Source of the DNA: Planctomycetales bacterium
GTDB lineage: Bacteria; 4484-113
Reading direction: 5' to 3'
NCBI GenBank assembly: GCA_037441675.1
Contig: JBBIRS010000001.1
Coordinates: 1-64,000 of the forward strand
DNA length: 64,000 bases
Positions 1 through 8,612 of the stretch are shown one piece after another. A program made the translations under genes and the position numbers. Position 1 is the first letter of the stretch. Every line of letters begins with the position of its first letter. The notes beneath the pieces are model-generated. The model saw only the letters and a program-made list of their open reading frames with translations. It had not been told where the DNA came from and searched no databases.

Positions 1-579
1 TCCCAAACACATCTCTCCTTTCTTTATGGACTTGGAGGTTGGGATGTTGTAATACCCGGTATACCACCCGCTGAACCATATGAGTACCATGAGAGCGCGA
101 TTTATGCATTTGATGGGGTTGGGACCTTTGGGTCAAATGGCCGTTTAAGGCTTAGTCTTATCGCGTTTGCAGGTGAAGGAGGAGGTACACAAACGCCACA
201 TGGTAGTGTATGGTTTGATATAACCGATCATAATATAAGGGGTTGGGATGATTGGAAAATTAAAATTCGTGATGCAGTTTCAATTCAAGAGTTGCCGAAA
301 TTAAGAGTTATTCTAAATTACGTTAATGAAGATATGGGGGAATTCATTCATCGTTCAAGAATCTATGATGTTGACGTGCCAGTAAAAATGTTATGGAATG
401 AACTCCCAACTGCAACATACACCTGCGACGATCCTGATATACCTACCCCTATGTTCACACAAGCAAAGAGTTACGGTCCCTATTTTGATTACAGCGGCGC
501 ATCTCTCGCATTTTATGCTGAGGGAAATAAAAAGAAAATTAAAGTCATTGCGAATGAAATAGAGGACATAATTGAATGA
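1..579 (+). CDS. 5'-truncated hypothetical protein, probably a phage structural/tail-region protein
   Basis: Frame 1 is open from base 1 (SQTHLSFLYGLGGWDVV...) to the stop at 579, so the 292 start in the track is internal. It overlaps the next ORF (ATGA) and lies upstream of an endolysin. Confidence 0.55.
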   Translation, partial: SQTHLSFLYGLGGWDVVIPGIPPAEPYEYHESAIYAFDGVGTFGSNGRLRLSLIAFAGEGGGTQTPHGSVWFDITDHNIRGWDDWKIKIRDAVSIQELPKLRVILNYVNEDMGEFIHRSRIYDVDVPVKMLWNELPTATYTCDDPDIPTPMFTQAKSYGPYFDYSGASLAFYAEGNKKKIKVIANEIEDIIE

Positions 580-1001
580 ACATCATTCGGCCAGAATTAC
601 AATTATGGCAGGGTGGAGTGAATGGATATTTTCGCGTAGAACGGGAAATCCGCGCAACCTTCAGCGAAGGCAATACCGCTGCACCGAGAGAGTATATCAC
701 CTGGCTCTACAATCGCAGATATTCAATCAGCAGGCGAGTTGCGGAAACCGGGTCCATAACCGTCCGCATTGGAGACCCCGTATGGGCAAGCCGAATCTTG
801 CTCATGGTCAATGGCCATGATGACCCTAACGGATTGGGGATAGTTCCGCAGGACGATGCGGATTTTTCTCTAGCGCATGAATATCATATTATGAGTATTC
901 CAGTCACCTGCGGGCGAAGATTGATTTTTAAGATTGACCAGACTAGTGACCCAGGATTCACTGAAGCCTGGGTGCCTGTATATTTTGATTTTCCTAAATG
1001 A
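576..1001 (+). CDS. Hypothetical phage protein (141 aa)
   Basis: ATGA overlap with the upstream ORF and tight packing before the endolysin. No motif recognised. Confidence 0.6.
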   Translation: MNIIRPELQLWQGGVNGYFRVEREIRATFSEGNTAAPREYITWLYNRRYSISRRVAETGSITVRIGDPVWASRILLMVNGHDDPNGLGIVPQDDADFSLAHEYHIMSIPVTCGRRLIFKIDQTSDPGFTEAWVPVYFDFPK

Positions 1002-1011
1002 GCGAGTGAAA

Positions 1012-1632
1012 ATGAACCACTATGAATGGTTAAAAACACAGCCTGAGTGGGAGTCATCCGAGCGAACCGCACGGCTAGAGCTTCTCTTCCCACCTTTCAG
1101 AAGAATAGTTGAGCGCATGATGAAGGAGATTGCCGCTGAAGGTTTGCACTTCAAGGTGTTTGAGACATTCCGAAGCGAAGCGAGACAACTTAGCCTCTAT
1201 CACATGGGATACAGTAAGCTCAAGACCCCCGGACCGCATAATTTTGGGCTCGCGGTTGATTTTGCGGTATGGGAGAATGGCAGGTGGAGCTGGGAGAGCA
1301 AGGATTGGAATTGGCTCGGTGCCCTTGGTGAGAAGTACGGGCTCATTTGGGGTGGAAGATGGAAATCTATTAAGGATTGCCCCCACTTTCAGTGCATTCC
1401 AGTGGACCTCAAGCTTTACGCACGAATCAGGAAAGGCGAATTCTATCCTGACGGCGAGGAGACAACAATAACTTGGCCTGACGCCTTGGAGCCTCCTCAG
1501 ATAACGCTCTTTCGGAGCCTGTATGACGATTTCATTCGGTACATCCCACTTGAAGAGCGGACGAGGTACTTGAGAACACTCAACATGATAAGACCCTACC
1601 TTCGGGAGGAGTATAAGGCGGAACCAAAGTAA
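1012..1632 (+). CDS. M15-family (L-Ala-D-Glu peptidase-like) endolysin
   Basis: Motifs ETFRS..RQ..LY, GPHNFGLAVDF and WGGRW...DCPHFQ (Zn ligands H, D, H). Likely start is ATG at 1012 rather than 934. Confidence 0.85.
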   Translation: MNHYEWLKTQPEWESSERTARLELLFPPFRRIVERMMKEIAAEGLHFKVFETFRSEARQLSLYHMGYSKLKTPGPHNFGLAVDFAVWENGRWSWESKDWNWLGALGEKYGLIWGGRWKSIKDCPHFQCIPVDLKLYARIRKGEFYPDGEETTITWPDALEPPQITLFRSLYDDFIRYIPLEERTRYLRTLNMIRPYLREEYKAEPK

Positions 1633-1882
1633 TTCCTGCTGGCTTTCTATCGACTCGCGAATTTGGAGCCAGCCTGCTATAGGTTCAGACTACGCCTGAT
1701 TTGCCGTTGTGCGTTAAGAAATCCTAGCTAGCTTGAGTGAAACCGAGGGCTTAATACTTTTTCCTTAGGCATAAGCTCACTTGGCAGGATTCGCGGTCTT
1801 CACGGTCAGGATTTAACGAAACACGAATCCGCACTGGGTGCGGTCTGGCTGGGGCTCAAGTTATGCATTTTCCAAAATTTCT

Positions 1883-2476
1883 CTACATTATCCCTCGAGG
1901 GAACTCTAAAGCCGTTCCTGATATGGTAATAGTCTCATAGCGTTTTGCAGCATAGGGACCACCCCAGACAGCATCTATTAACGCGTCAATGTAATCTAGA
2001 GTTAACACATCACCATTGCCTGAACCGTCATCAGCGGTTATAACCTGGGAACCAGATAGGCGTTTCTTCAACCCATTAAACGAATTGGGATCAATGTTCG
2101 TGTCACCCTCAAAAAACTCTCTAGTGAATGCGAGGGAAAGAGCTTTAACCTTCAGCTTAGTTTGAAGAGCTCGCTGGTCGTTGATGCTTCCTCTTACCTG
2201 CTGAAGGTATCGGTCAACGTCAACTATCCCACCAAAAATTGCGAGGGACTCACTGTTTTGTGAAACAGTCCCAGTTGATTCCGTGTAACCGACATTAACG
2301 GCACGGAATTCCACCCCGGGCAAACTCTCCTCTGTGTTGTACTTGTAGGAATTGCCTTGAACCTCAATGAAAGGCAAGTCCTCCAGCACTGGGGAGTATT
2401 CGCCAAAGGTTTCAATAACTCCACGTCTTAGAAAATCTGTTTCAAGCTTTGCAGCTTCTGCAAGCGTTAATGCCAT
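1883..2476 (-). pseudogene. Phage major capsid protein (HK97 fold), C-terminally truncated
   Basis: MALTLAEAAKL..RGVIETF..LPFIEVQGNSYKYN.E..LPGVEFRAVN.GYTESTG...GG.VDVDR...FNGLKKRL is typical of a ~300-aa MCP family. Similarity stops after LIDAVWGGP (~aa 175), and no frame continues it. Confidence 0.8.
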
Positions 2477-2506
2477 TTTTCATCTTCCTCCTGAAATATT
2501 CTCACC

Positions 2507-2881
2507 TTACCGGTGGGGTGTTCTTAAGCCGTAGCCGAGACGAAGATATTCCTCTGCGGATAACTCTTCTACACTTTCTTCTGATGAGGGATACTCCCTA
2601 GGTGATGGATAGATCCCTGCAAGTTTCTCATCCACAACCTTTCTGACCATATCCTCAATTATCGAAGCATTCTCCCTCTCCTCACTATTTTCTTTATCCT
2701 CAAAGGACGTTTCGGCTACGGCTGTATCTGTTATTTCCTGCTTCTGCTTTACCTGTTCATTACCTTCGCTACTAGCCTCAACTTCAGAGCTAGCTTCTAA
2801 GGGTTCGTCATTTTTCACCAAAGCGGTTGAATCTACTGCCTCTTCACCTTCTATTTCATTCTCTTTAATTCTCTCTTCCAT
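2507..2881 (-). CDS. Probable capsid scaffolding protein
   Basis: Very acidic, low-complexity protein between portal and capsid. Ends with LSAEEYLRLGY, resembling scaffold C-termini. AAGGAG RBS. Confidence 0.6.
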   Translation of the reverse strand: MEERIKENEIEGEEAVDSTALVKNDEPLEASSEVEASSEGNEQVKQKQEITDTAVAETSFEDKENSEERENASIIEDMVRKVVDEKLAGIYPSPREYPSSEESVEELSAEEYLRLGYGLRTPHR

Positions 2882-2910
2882 CTTGTGTCTCCTTCATCTT
2901 GTGTATCCTT
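2879..2910 (-). repeat. 16-bp tandem duplication of RBS plus start codon
   Basis: The minus strand reads AAGGATACACAAGATG AAGGAGACACAAGATG (15/16 identical). Confidence 0.8.
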
Positions 2911-4317
2911 ACTCACCCAAGGCAATTAAGGTAGCCTCGTCCATAAGATTTGCCTCCTTGGCGAGCTGGATGCGCTTTAACCTGGTCAACTTTTCCTCTT
3001 CGGTGAACTGTAAAGCTGGTCCATACATAAGAAGAGGAGCATTGGTATCACTATCCCCCCTTAAAATGCCGAGGCTTTCCCTGCTTTAAGAGCCATACTA
3101 AGAAATTGTTCAACCTTAGTTCCAAGAGATTGACGCTTCGCTTTCCCTGCATTTATCAGGGGTTCGTATAAAATTGATAGAGCAAATCCCGACAGCGCTC
3201 CAATGCTAGTGAGCTTATCCGGGCTTAACATCACAACACCAGTGAGTTCAGTCAGCGTCTGCTTTAAGTCTGCAATGTGACGCTCAACTGGATCTAGATT
3301 GCTAGGATTTACTAGATATTCTAACTCCGCTCCCTCTCCGAGTACACTAATAATCTGAGTATCATCAAAGCGGTCATGCACTAATCTGCCGTTAATGTTC
3401 TTTATAATTGCATTCATTGATCGACTGATGTTTCTTGAGCGTTGCGTAACTTTCCAGTTTATGTCGTCTAAAATTGGAGTAATGTCTTGCAGTTCAGAAA
3501 TACCGAATTTTTCCCCCTTTCTTTTTCTGTTTGCCAAGTGCACGATGGGAATAAAACCAAATGGATTGGGAATACGAAGTTCAACATTTCTATGTGGACT
3601 ACCTGAAAAGATTGGCTCAATGAAACTAGATAAAGCAGTTAATGTGCGATTCTTGTAGGCATTCATTCTCTCTTCTTTGTAAGTAACTATTTCGTTTGGG
3701 TAAGTATCTTGAACTCTCTTAATCAGGATTTCTCCAACATCCTCAAAAGTCCGCTCTTCTCTCACAAACTTTGTTTCACTTACGTTGTCAGGTGCGTGCT
3801 CATAGTCAAATGCTTCCGCTGGAATGTAAGAATAATTAAGTGGGAAACTGCCATTTGGTGAGTAGAGCAACTTAAGTGCACAATCTTCCGAGATTAGTAC
3901 TTCTTTAACGATGGATGTCAGGTCATCAAGTATCCTAGTGTGATCTAAAAACTTTGAAAGAAAGTTTCCCTCCGGGCTTAACTCTTTAGAAGATGTTTTG
4001 TCGCCCTTTACAGGTATGACTTCATCGGCAAGACTTACTCCTATTACACGATCAAAGGAAAATGTGGCAAGTCGGTCCACTATCAAACGTGCAAGGTTTA
4101 TGTATATACTTGGGGGCTCAACGGAAGGGGAGTAGGAGTTCCCCATTCTCCAAATAGCTGTTTGGCGGTAAATTTCTCCCGTATAATAGTAGCGAAAGAA
4201 TTTTAATAAGTTTAACCTTGTAACTTTTTTCCTTTCATAAGAAGGCGTATCAATAATGGGTAGATATTCTCTCGCCCTTGAGGATATCAATCGCTTGGAA
4301 GCTTGTGCAATTTTCAT
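2909..4317 (-). pseudogene. Phage portal protein (SPP1 gp6-like), frameshifted near the C-terminus
   Basis: Motifs INLARLIVDRLATF, PNPFGFIPIVHLAN, GISELQDITPILDDIN and GALSGFALSILYEPL. The main frame stops at 3061, while the -1 frame continues 55 aa (SLGILRGDSD...YGPALQFTEEEKL...LGE*) to 2909. Start is ATG 4317 (GGTGGA RBS) or GTG 4359. Confidence 0.75.
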
Positions 4318-4357
4318 AATTCCACCATTGAATTGGTAAAGACTTTGACTAGCCTTC

Positions 4358-4386
4358 ACTTTACATTATAGCACAATTTATGTCAA
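4358..4386 (-). promoter_or_regulatory. Sigma70-type promoter of the head module
   Basis: The minus strand has TTGACA-N17-TAAAGT, plus an overlapping extended -10 TGcTATAAT at 4373-4365. Confidence 0.6.
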
Positions 4387-4429
4387 TTAGGAACACATTA
4401 ATAATAATATATGTCTATTTATGACTATT
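4379..4429. repeat. Three phased 10-bp direct repeats (TATGWCWATT)
   Basis: TATGTCAATT 4379-4388, TATGTCTATT 4410-4419, TATGACTATT 4420-4429. Confidence 0.55.
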
Positions 4430-4501
4430 ATATCCATTCTATTGACGACCTTGTTGCGTTTATATTTTTAATTAACTTGCAATTTAGATAGTTTTAGAGT
4501 T

Positions 4502-5455
4502 ATGATTAAGCTTGTGCCAGACCTTAACAAGCGAATACTTGTTGCAGATGACGAGGAGTTAATTCGTGATGTAATTTCCTATAAGATTCAGCGTCACCTC
4601 GGATACCAGGTACTAGAAGCGGAGGATGGAGTTGAGGCACTGAAGACTCTAGAGGCAAACAACATAGACCTTCTTATTACAGACATTCGGATGCCCAAAA
4701 TGGATGGAATGGCACTCCTTGAGGAGATAAAGGCTAAGGGGTGGAGTCTGCCGGTTATTATTCTCACAGGGTACGGACAAATAGAGGATGCAATTAAGGC
4801 TATAAAGCTTGGCGCTGAAGCCTTTATGAAAAAGCCGTTTGATACTGATGAGGTAATCACCCTAGTTGAGAGTATTATTTCAGGCTTTGAGGAGAGAGAG
4901 GACGCTCAAGCGGTAATGCCTTTCGTACGTTCACAAAGCACGACTATCAAAATCCCCAACAACTATACATACTTAAGAAAGATCGTGAACTACGTTATAT
5001 GCGTTACTCGTAGTACTTGGGAACTTGCTAAGGAAGACTTGAACGATTTAAAAGTGGCAACATATGAAGCCCTGTTAAACGCTTTTGAGCATGGTAATCT
5101 TAGAATTGAGAAGAAAAAAAAAGCAGATTTCCTACAAAAAGGGCACTTGGAGTATCAGAGGTATCTTCTTGAGCAGATTCAAATTGAAGAAAACCAGCGC
5201 AAATCAATTACAGTCGTTCTTAATCTGGATACCGTTAGGGTGGAAGTTAGGGTTCTAGATGAAGGCAGTGGTTTTGATCACCACTTAGTTTATCAGGACT
5301 ATGACGTTTTAGATGCGGAAACCTTCATGCGTGCCTATGGTCGAGGCTTATATCTGATAAAGAGCCTTATGGATGAGGTTACTTTTAACGAGCTTGGAAA
5401 CGCTATATCATTCGTCAAGTTTCGGCCCAGAAAGAGCTTTGAATCCTCAGAGTAG
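4502..5455 (+). CDS. Response regulator with C-terminal RsbW-like HATPase_c_2 domain
   Basis: REC motifs VADDE, LLITDIRMPKMDG and KPF. ATPase motifs EALLNAFEHGN, DEGSGF and GRGLYLI. Confidence 0.85.
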   Translation: MIKLVPDLNKRILVADDEELIRDVISYKIQRHLGYQVLEAEDGVEALKTLEANNIDLLITDIRMPKMDGMALLEEIKAKGWSLPVIILTGYGQIEDAIKAIKLGAEAFMKKPFDTDEVITLVESIISGFEEREDAQAVMPFVRSQSTTIKIPNNYTYLRKIVNYVICVTRSTWELAKEDLNDLKVATYEALLNAFEHGNLRIEKKKKADFLQKGHLEYQRYLLEQIQIEENQRKSITVVLNLDTVRVEVRVLDEGSGFDHHLVYQDYDVLDAETFMRAYGRGLYLIKSLMDEVTFNELGNAISFVKFRPRKSFESSE

Positions 5456-5507
5456 CAGAAAAGAAAGTTCAATTCTTCTCCCACTTTTTCAATGGAAGGT
5501 GTAGTGG

Positions 5508-6644
5508 CTAACCACGAAAGAACAGATAGATAATGAAAATTATTATCCCCGCGAGGATTGAATTTAGAAAAATTAGCAAGGCTCGGTCAAAACTGGCTTC
5601 AGCTGGAATTCGCAATCGCAGATTTGTTAATGAATGGGGGATATTTTCACGTCTTAAAAGAGGAAGTTTGCATTTTAGGCAAGTTAATCTGTCGTACGGA
5701 TTAGCCGTTCCACAATCTACACAGAACAGGACTTTCCTAACAGCGGTAGAAGTATTGGTGGGAGATTGAGGAGAGGTTTCCTGAGGAGCAGGCGAAGTAA
5801 CGGGAAGTTCTTGAATTAAGGCAAGTAAGTCCTTTTGAAACTCTCTTGCGCTTTGATAGCGCTCTTGTGGAGACTTTGCCAAGCCACGGTTTATCACCTT
5901 AGCCACATCACCCGACAAGTTTGGATTGAAATGACTTATAGGCGGAGGAGTTAAATTTACGACATTATACATAATCGTCGTGATGCTATCACCATCAAAA
6001 GGCTTTACTTTGGTTAAGAGTTCGTAGAGTATTACGCCAAGCGAGAAAAGGTCTGAAGAGGGAGTTATTTCCATCCCCTTTATCTGCTCCGGCGACATAT
6101 AGTTAGGAGTTCCAACAACTGAGCCTGCTTTGCTTATTGTGGCATCTGCAAGTATTCTGGCAATACCGAAATCAGTCAGCTTCACTGTACCAGATGGAAG
6201 CATCACAATGTTTGCGGGTTTTATATCCCTATGGATAATTCCTTTTTCATGACATAAAGCTAAGCCCGATAGTACCTGCATTCCAATATCAACAACCTCT
6301 GGAAGGGAAAATGCCACGTTCATTTCCATAAGTTCCTTCAAGTTTTGCCCCTCAAGGAACTCCATTGCTAAATATTCCTTTCCATTAAAGTGACCGAATT
6401 CACGATAGCCAACAATGTTCTCGTGTTTAATGTTCTTTAGTATTTCGGCTTCCTTCTCAAAACGCCTAAGAAGCTCGTCCTGTTGTGAAGATGTAAGCTG
6501 TGTGTCCGGATAAAAAACTTTTAGCGCAACTAAGGAGCCATCTCTTGTGTCAATAGCGCGGTATACTAAGCCCATAGCTCCTTGCCCGATTAATTCCACT
6601 ATTTTGAAATGCGCTAAATACTTCTCGTCCACTTCTCTAAACAT
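5508..6644 (-). CDS. Hanks-type Ser/Thr protein kinase with zinc ribbon and C-terminal TM helix
   Basis: IGQGAMG, VALK, HRDIKPAN, DFGIA, GTPNYMSPEQ; CxxC...CxxC; hydrophobic C-terminus. Confidence 0.92.
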   Translation of the reverse strand: MFREVDEKYLAHFKIVELIGQGAMGLVYRAIDTRDGSLVALKVFYPDTQLTSSQQDELLRRFEKEAEILKNIKHENIVGYREFGHFNGKEYLAMEFLEGQNLKELMEMNVAFSLPEVVDIGMQVLSGLALCHEKGIIHRDIKPANIVMLPSGTVKLTDFGIARILADATISKAGSVVGTPNYMSPEQIKGMEITPSSDLFSLGVILYELLTKVKPFDGDSITTIMYNVVNLTPPPISHFNPNLSGDVAKVINRGLAKSPQERYQSAREFQKDLLALIQELPVTSPAPQETSPQSPTNTSTAVRKVLFCVDCGTANPYDRLTCLKCKLPLLRRENIPHSLTNLRLRIPAEASFDRALLIFLNSILAGIIIFIIYLFFRG

Positions 6645-6790
6645 ATTTTATATCAATCTACTTAGAACAACTTGGCTCACGTGGTTCTACTTTAGTATAA
6701 ATTTTGAGTAGGATAGAAATGGTTAGTGAAAATTATCTATTTTTTGGATTTATAAGCCCTCTCACTACTTTATCGTGGCACAAGCTTTAT

Positions 6791-7945
6791 TTAGTCTAAA
6801 GTTTCAGCTTTCTCTTCTTCGAGATTTAGAAGCCTAACGGCTAATTCTTTATCCTCACGTAGAGAATCGGCGATTAACTGAAGATCTTCTTTCGAAACTT
6901 CCTCCGACATAATAAGGGCATATATATCCCCTCGTTTCTTTGTGAGAAGTCTCGTTGGAGTGTTTGGTTTATTATCTCTGCTTACTTGCCTAACTAGGCT
7001 AGGCTCTTTAGCCTCAAAAATTGATATTAATGCTGGATTTCCACTTCTGGTTATCTTTATATGAAACACCAAACTATTCTTGTACAACAATGGCTCCACT
7101 CCCGTTATTGTAAAGTCTTTTGGCAGTTTTGATGGTAGGAGTGGGAGGAATTTTAATTCAACGAATTTAGTTTTATCGGACGATGAAATAGTATCACCAC
7201 TAATGCCATGACGCCGACCAATCTCTAAAACTCGCTCTCGTAGCAGTCTGGGTTGTGTTTGATGTAAAGAAATGATTCTAAAGTCACTTGGGACATCAAA
7301 AAACCCTGGTGGGAAATCCTCTATATCTTGTAGCTCAAGGGACTTTAAGTTAAAAGAAATTCCCGGTTTGTTAACCATGAGAAATAATGTCACCTTTCTC
7401 GGCAGGAAGTCACTAGCGCTAACTAGCAACTGAATACAAGCTTTACCTCCTACTTCGTTGGCAGAATGTATTTCGTAGTATCCTCCATTGTTACCGGGTT
7501 TATACGAAACTCTAATATCATTCTTTGGAGTTAATGGGTTTAGAAATCTAAGCAAAATTTCAAATGGAAGCCCAACTCTTCTTCCCGGTATCTCAATGGC
7601 TGTCTTCATTAATGGTACAACTCGCAAGGTCCTATTTGGTGGTGTCTCAAGAAAATAAGATTCCATTTCCCGATTGTCATCAATCTGGTTTAGCCTAACG
7701 ATATTACTGGACAAGCGGTATATCAAGAATGTGGCAGATTGTGGCGTTGGGGATTCGTCGTTACTTGAGATAGTTATTACAGCCTTAAAATTCTTCGTTC
7801 TCAGTGCCTCATAAGCTTTCTTGATAACATCTAGTGATTCATCTACTACTGCTCCCACAGGAGAAAAAAGTAATGAGGATAAAACTAGAGCAAGTAATAG
7901 TTGTCCCATAATCTTAAAAGCGACTTGAAATAAATAGCGTTTCAC
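6791..7945 (-). CDS. Secreted protein, probably an RseB/MucB-like ECF co-regulator
   Basis: Signal peptide and position third after ECF sigma and anti-sigma. The C-terminal LLPSKLPKDF...ISIFE pattern resembles RseB/LolA-like proteins. Confidence 0.5.
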   Translation of the reverse strand: MKRYLFQVAFKIMGQLLLALVLSSLLFSPVGAVVDESLDVIKKAYEALRTKNFKAVITISSNDESPTPQSATFLIYRLSSNIVRLNQIDDNREMESYFLETPPNRTLRVVPLMKTAIEIPGRRVGLPFEILLRFLNPLTPKNDIRVSYKPGNNGGYYEIHSANEVGGKACIQLLVSASDFLPRKVTLFLMVNKPGISFNLKSLELQDIEDFPPGFFDVPSDFRIISLHQTQPRLLRERVLEIGRRHGISGDTISSSDKTKFVELKFLPLLPSKLPKDFTITGVEPLLYKNSLVFHIKITRSGNPALISIFEAKEPSLVRQVSRDNKPNTPTRLLTKKRGDIYALIMSEEVSKEDLQLIADSLREDKELAVRLLNLEEEKAETLD

Positions 7946-8610
7946 CTGCGCTTATCCTTGTTCGTTTCTTCTTTTGTTTTATCTTTCGACTTTTCTGGTA
8001 GCTCCTTAAAGAGTGGTGCTTTGCTATCGTTTTCAGAATTTGCAACGAACTCCTGAAGATTTTCCAGGGTTTTAGCCCAGTCGGATTCTAAGATAAGTAG
8101 CTCTCTAGTCATTTGATGGTGCCTTTGAACGAAATCAAGAAAAGTGCTATCGCCATTGCCACTGCTTGTCGGAATAAGATAATCACCTTGAGGCATTAGC
8201 GGATTATCCATCTCTTCGGCTCTTTCCGGCAGTGCTTTTAAGAAGGCTTGGGTTCTTTTCTTCTCAAGTTGTAGATTAGCAAAAAATCCCACCGATGTAA
8301 TGCCAATTGCAAGAAGAGCAACAAGCCCCACAATTACGAAGGCAGGACGCGAGACAATTCTTTGCTTCTTACTCTTTCTAGCTCGAACTTCGCCCATCAC
8401 CCGAGCTTTGAGAATGGATGGACTCAAGAAAGTTTCATAGAGTATTTGTGTATCCGCTAGAATTTTCTTAATCTCCTTTTGAGAGTTGAGTACTTCTCTG
8501 CAAGAGGTGCAAGACTCTAAATGCGCTTCAATAAGGGTAACAGTACCACTCGTTCTAATTTCGCCATCAACATATGCACCAAGAAGAGTTTGGATTTTTT
8601 CACATTTCAT
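7942..8610 (-). CDS. Zinc-binding (ZAS/zf-HC2) transmembrane anti-sigma factor
   Basis: MKCEKIQTLLGAYVDGE...HLESCTSC (HxxxCxxC) and a single TM helix. Directly downstream of the ECF sigma. Confidence 0.85.
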   Translation of the reverse strand: MKCEKIQTLLGAYVDGEIRTSGTVTLIEAHLESCTSCREVLNSQKEIKKILADTQILYETFLSPSILKARVMGEVRARKSKKQRIVSRPAFVIVGLVALLAIGITSVGFFANLQLEKKRTQAFLKALPERAEEMDNPLMPQGDYLIPTSSGNGDSTFLDFVQRHHQMTRELLILESDWAKTLENLQEFVANSENDSKAPLFKELPEKSKDKTKEETNKDKRR

Positions 8611-8612
8611 GC

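Larger units (their letters stand above)
1..4386. mobile_element. Phage-derived region: + strand lysis end converging on a - strand degraded head module
   Basis: Contains an M15 endolysin, a portal, an acidic scaffold and an HK97-type capsid fragment. No integrase or terminase in the window. The left boundary lies outside the window. Confidence 0.8.

Noticed and set aside
1636..1712. Resemblance to a c-di-GMP-I riboswitch on the minus strand (GGCAAA-stem...AGCCAGC)
   Set aside because: It lacks the GNRA loop, the GACGCAAA junction and P1 closure, and has no downstream gene on that strand. Kept only as part of the unassigned structured region.
1883..2476. Encapsulin interpretation of the capsid gene
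   Set aside because: It follows a portal and scaffold, matches phage MCP motifs, and has no cargo gene.
3075..3081. GGGAAAG (lambda G/GT-type slippery heptamer) at the portal frameshift
   Set aside because: It is read GGG AAA G in the portal frame, not G GGA AAG, so canonical -1 tandem slippage is out of phase. A 1-bp deletion or sequencing error is simpler.
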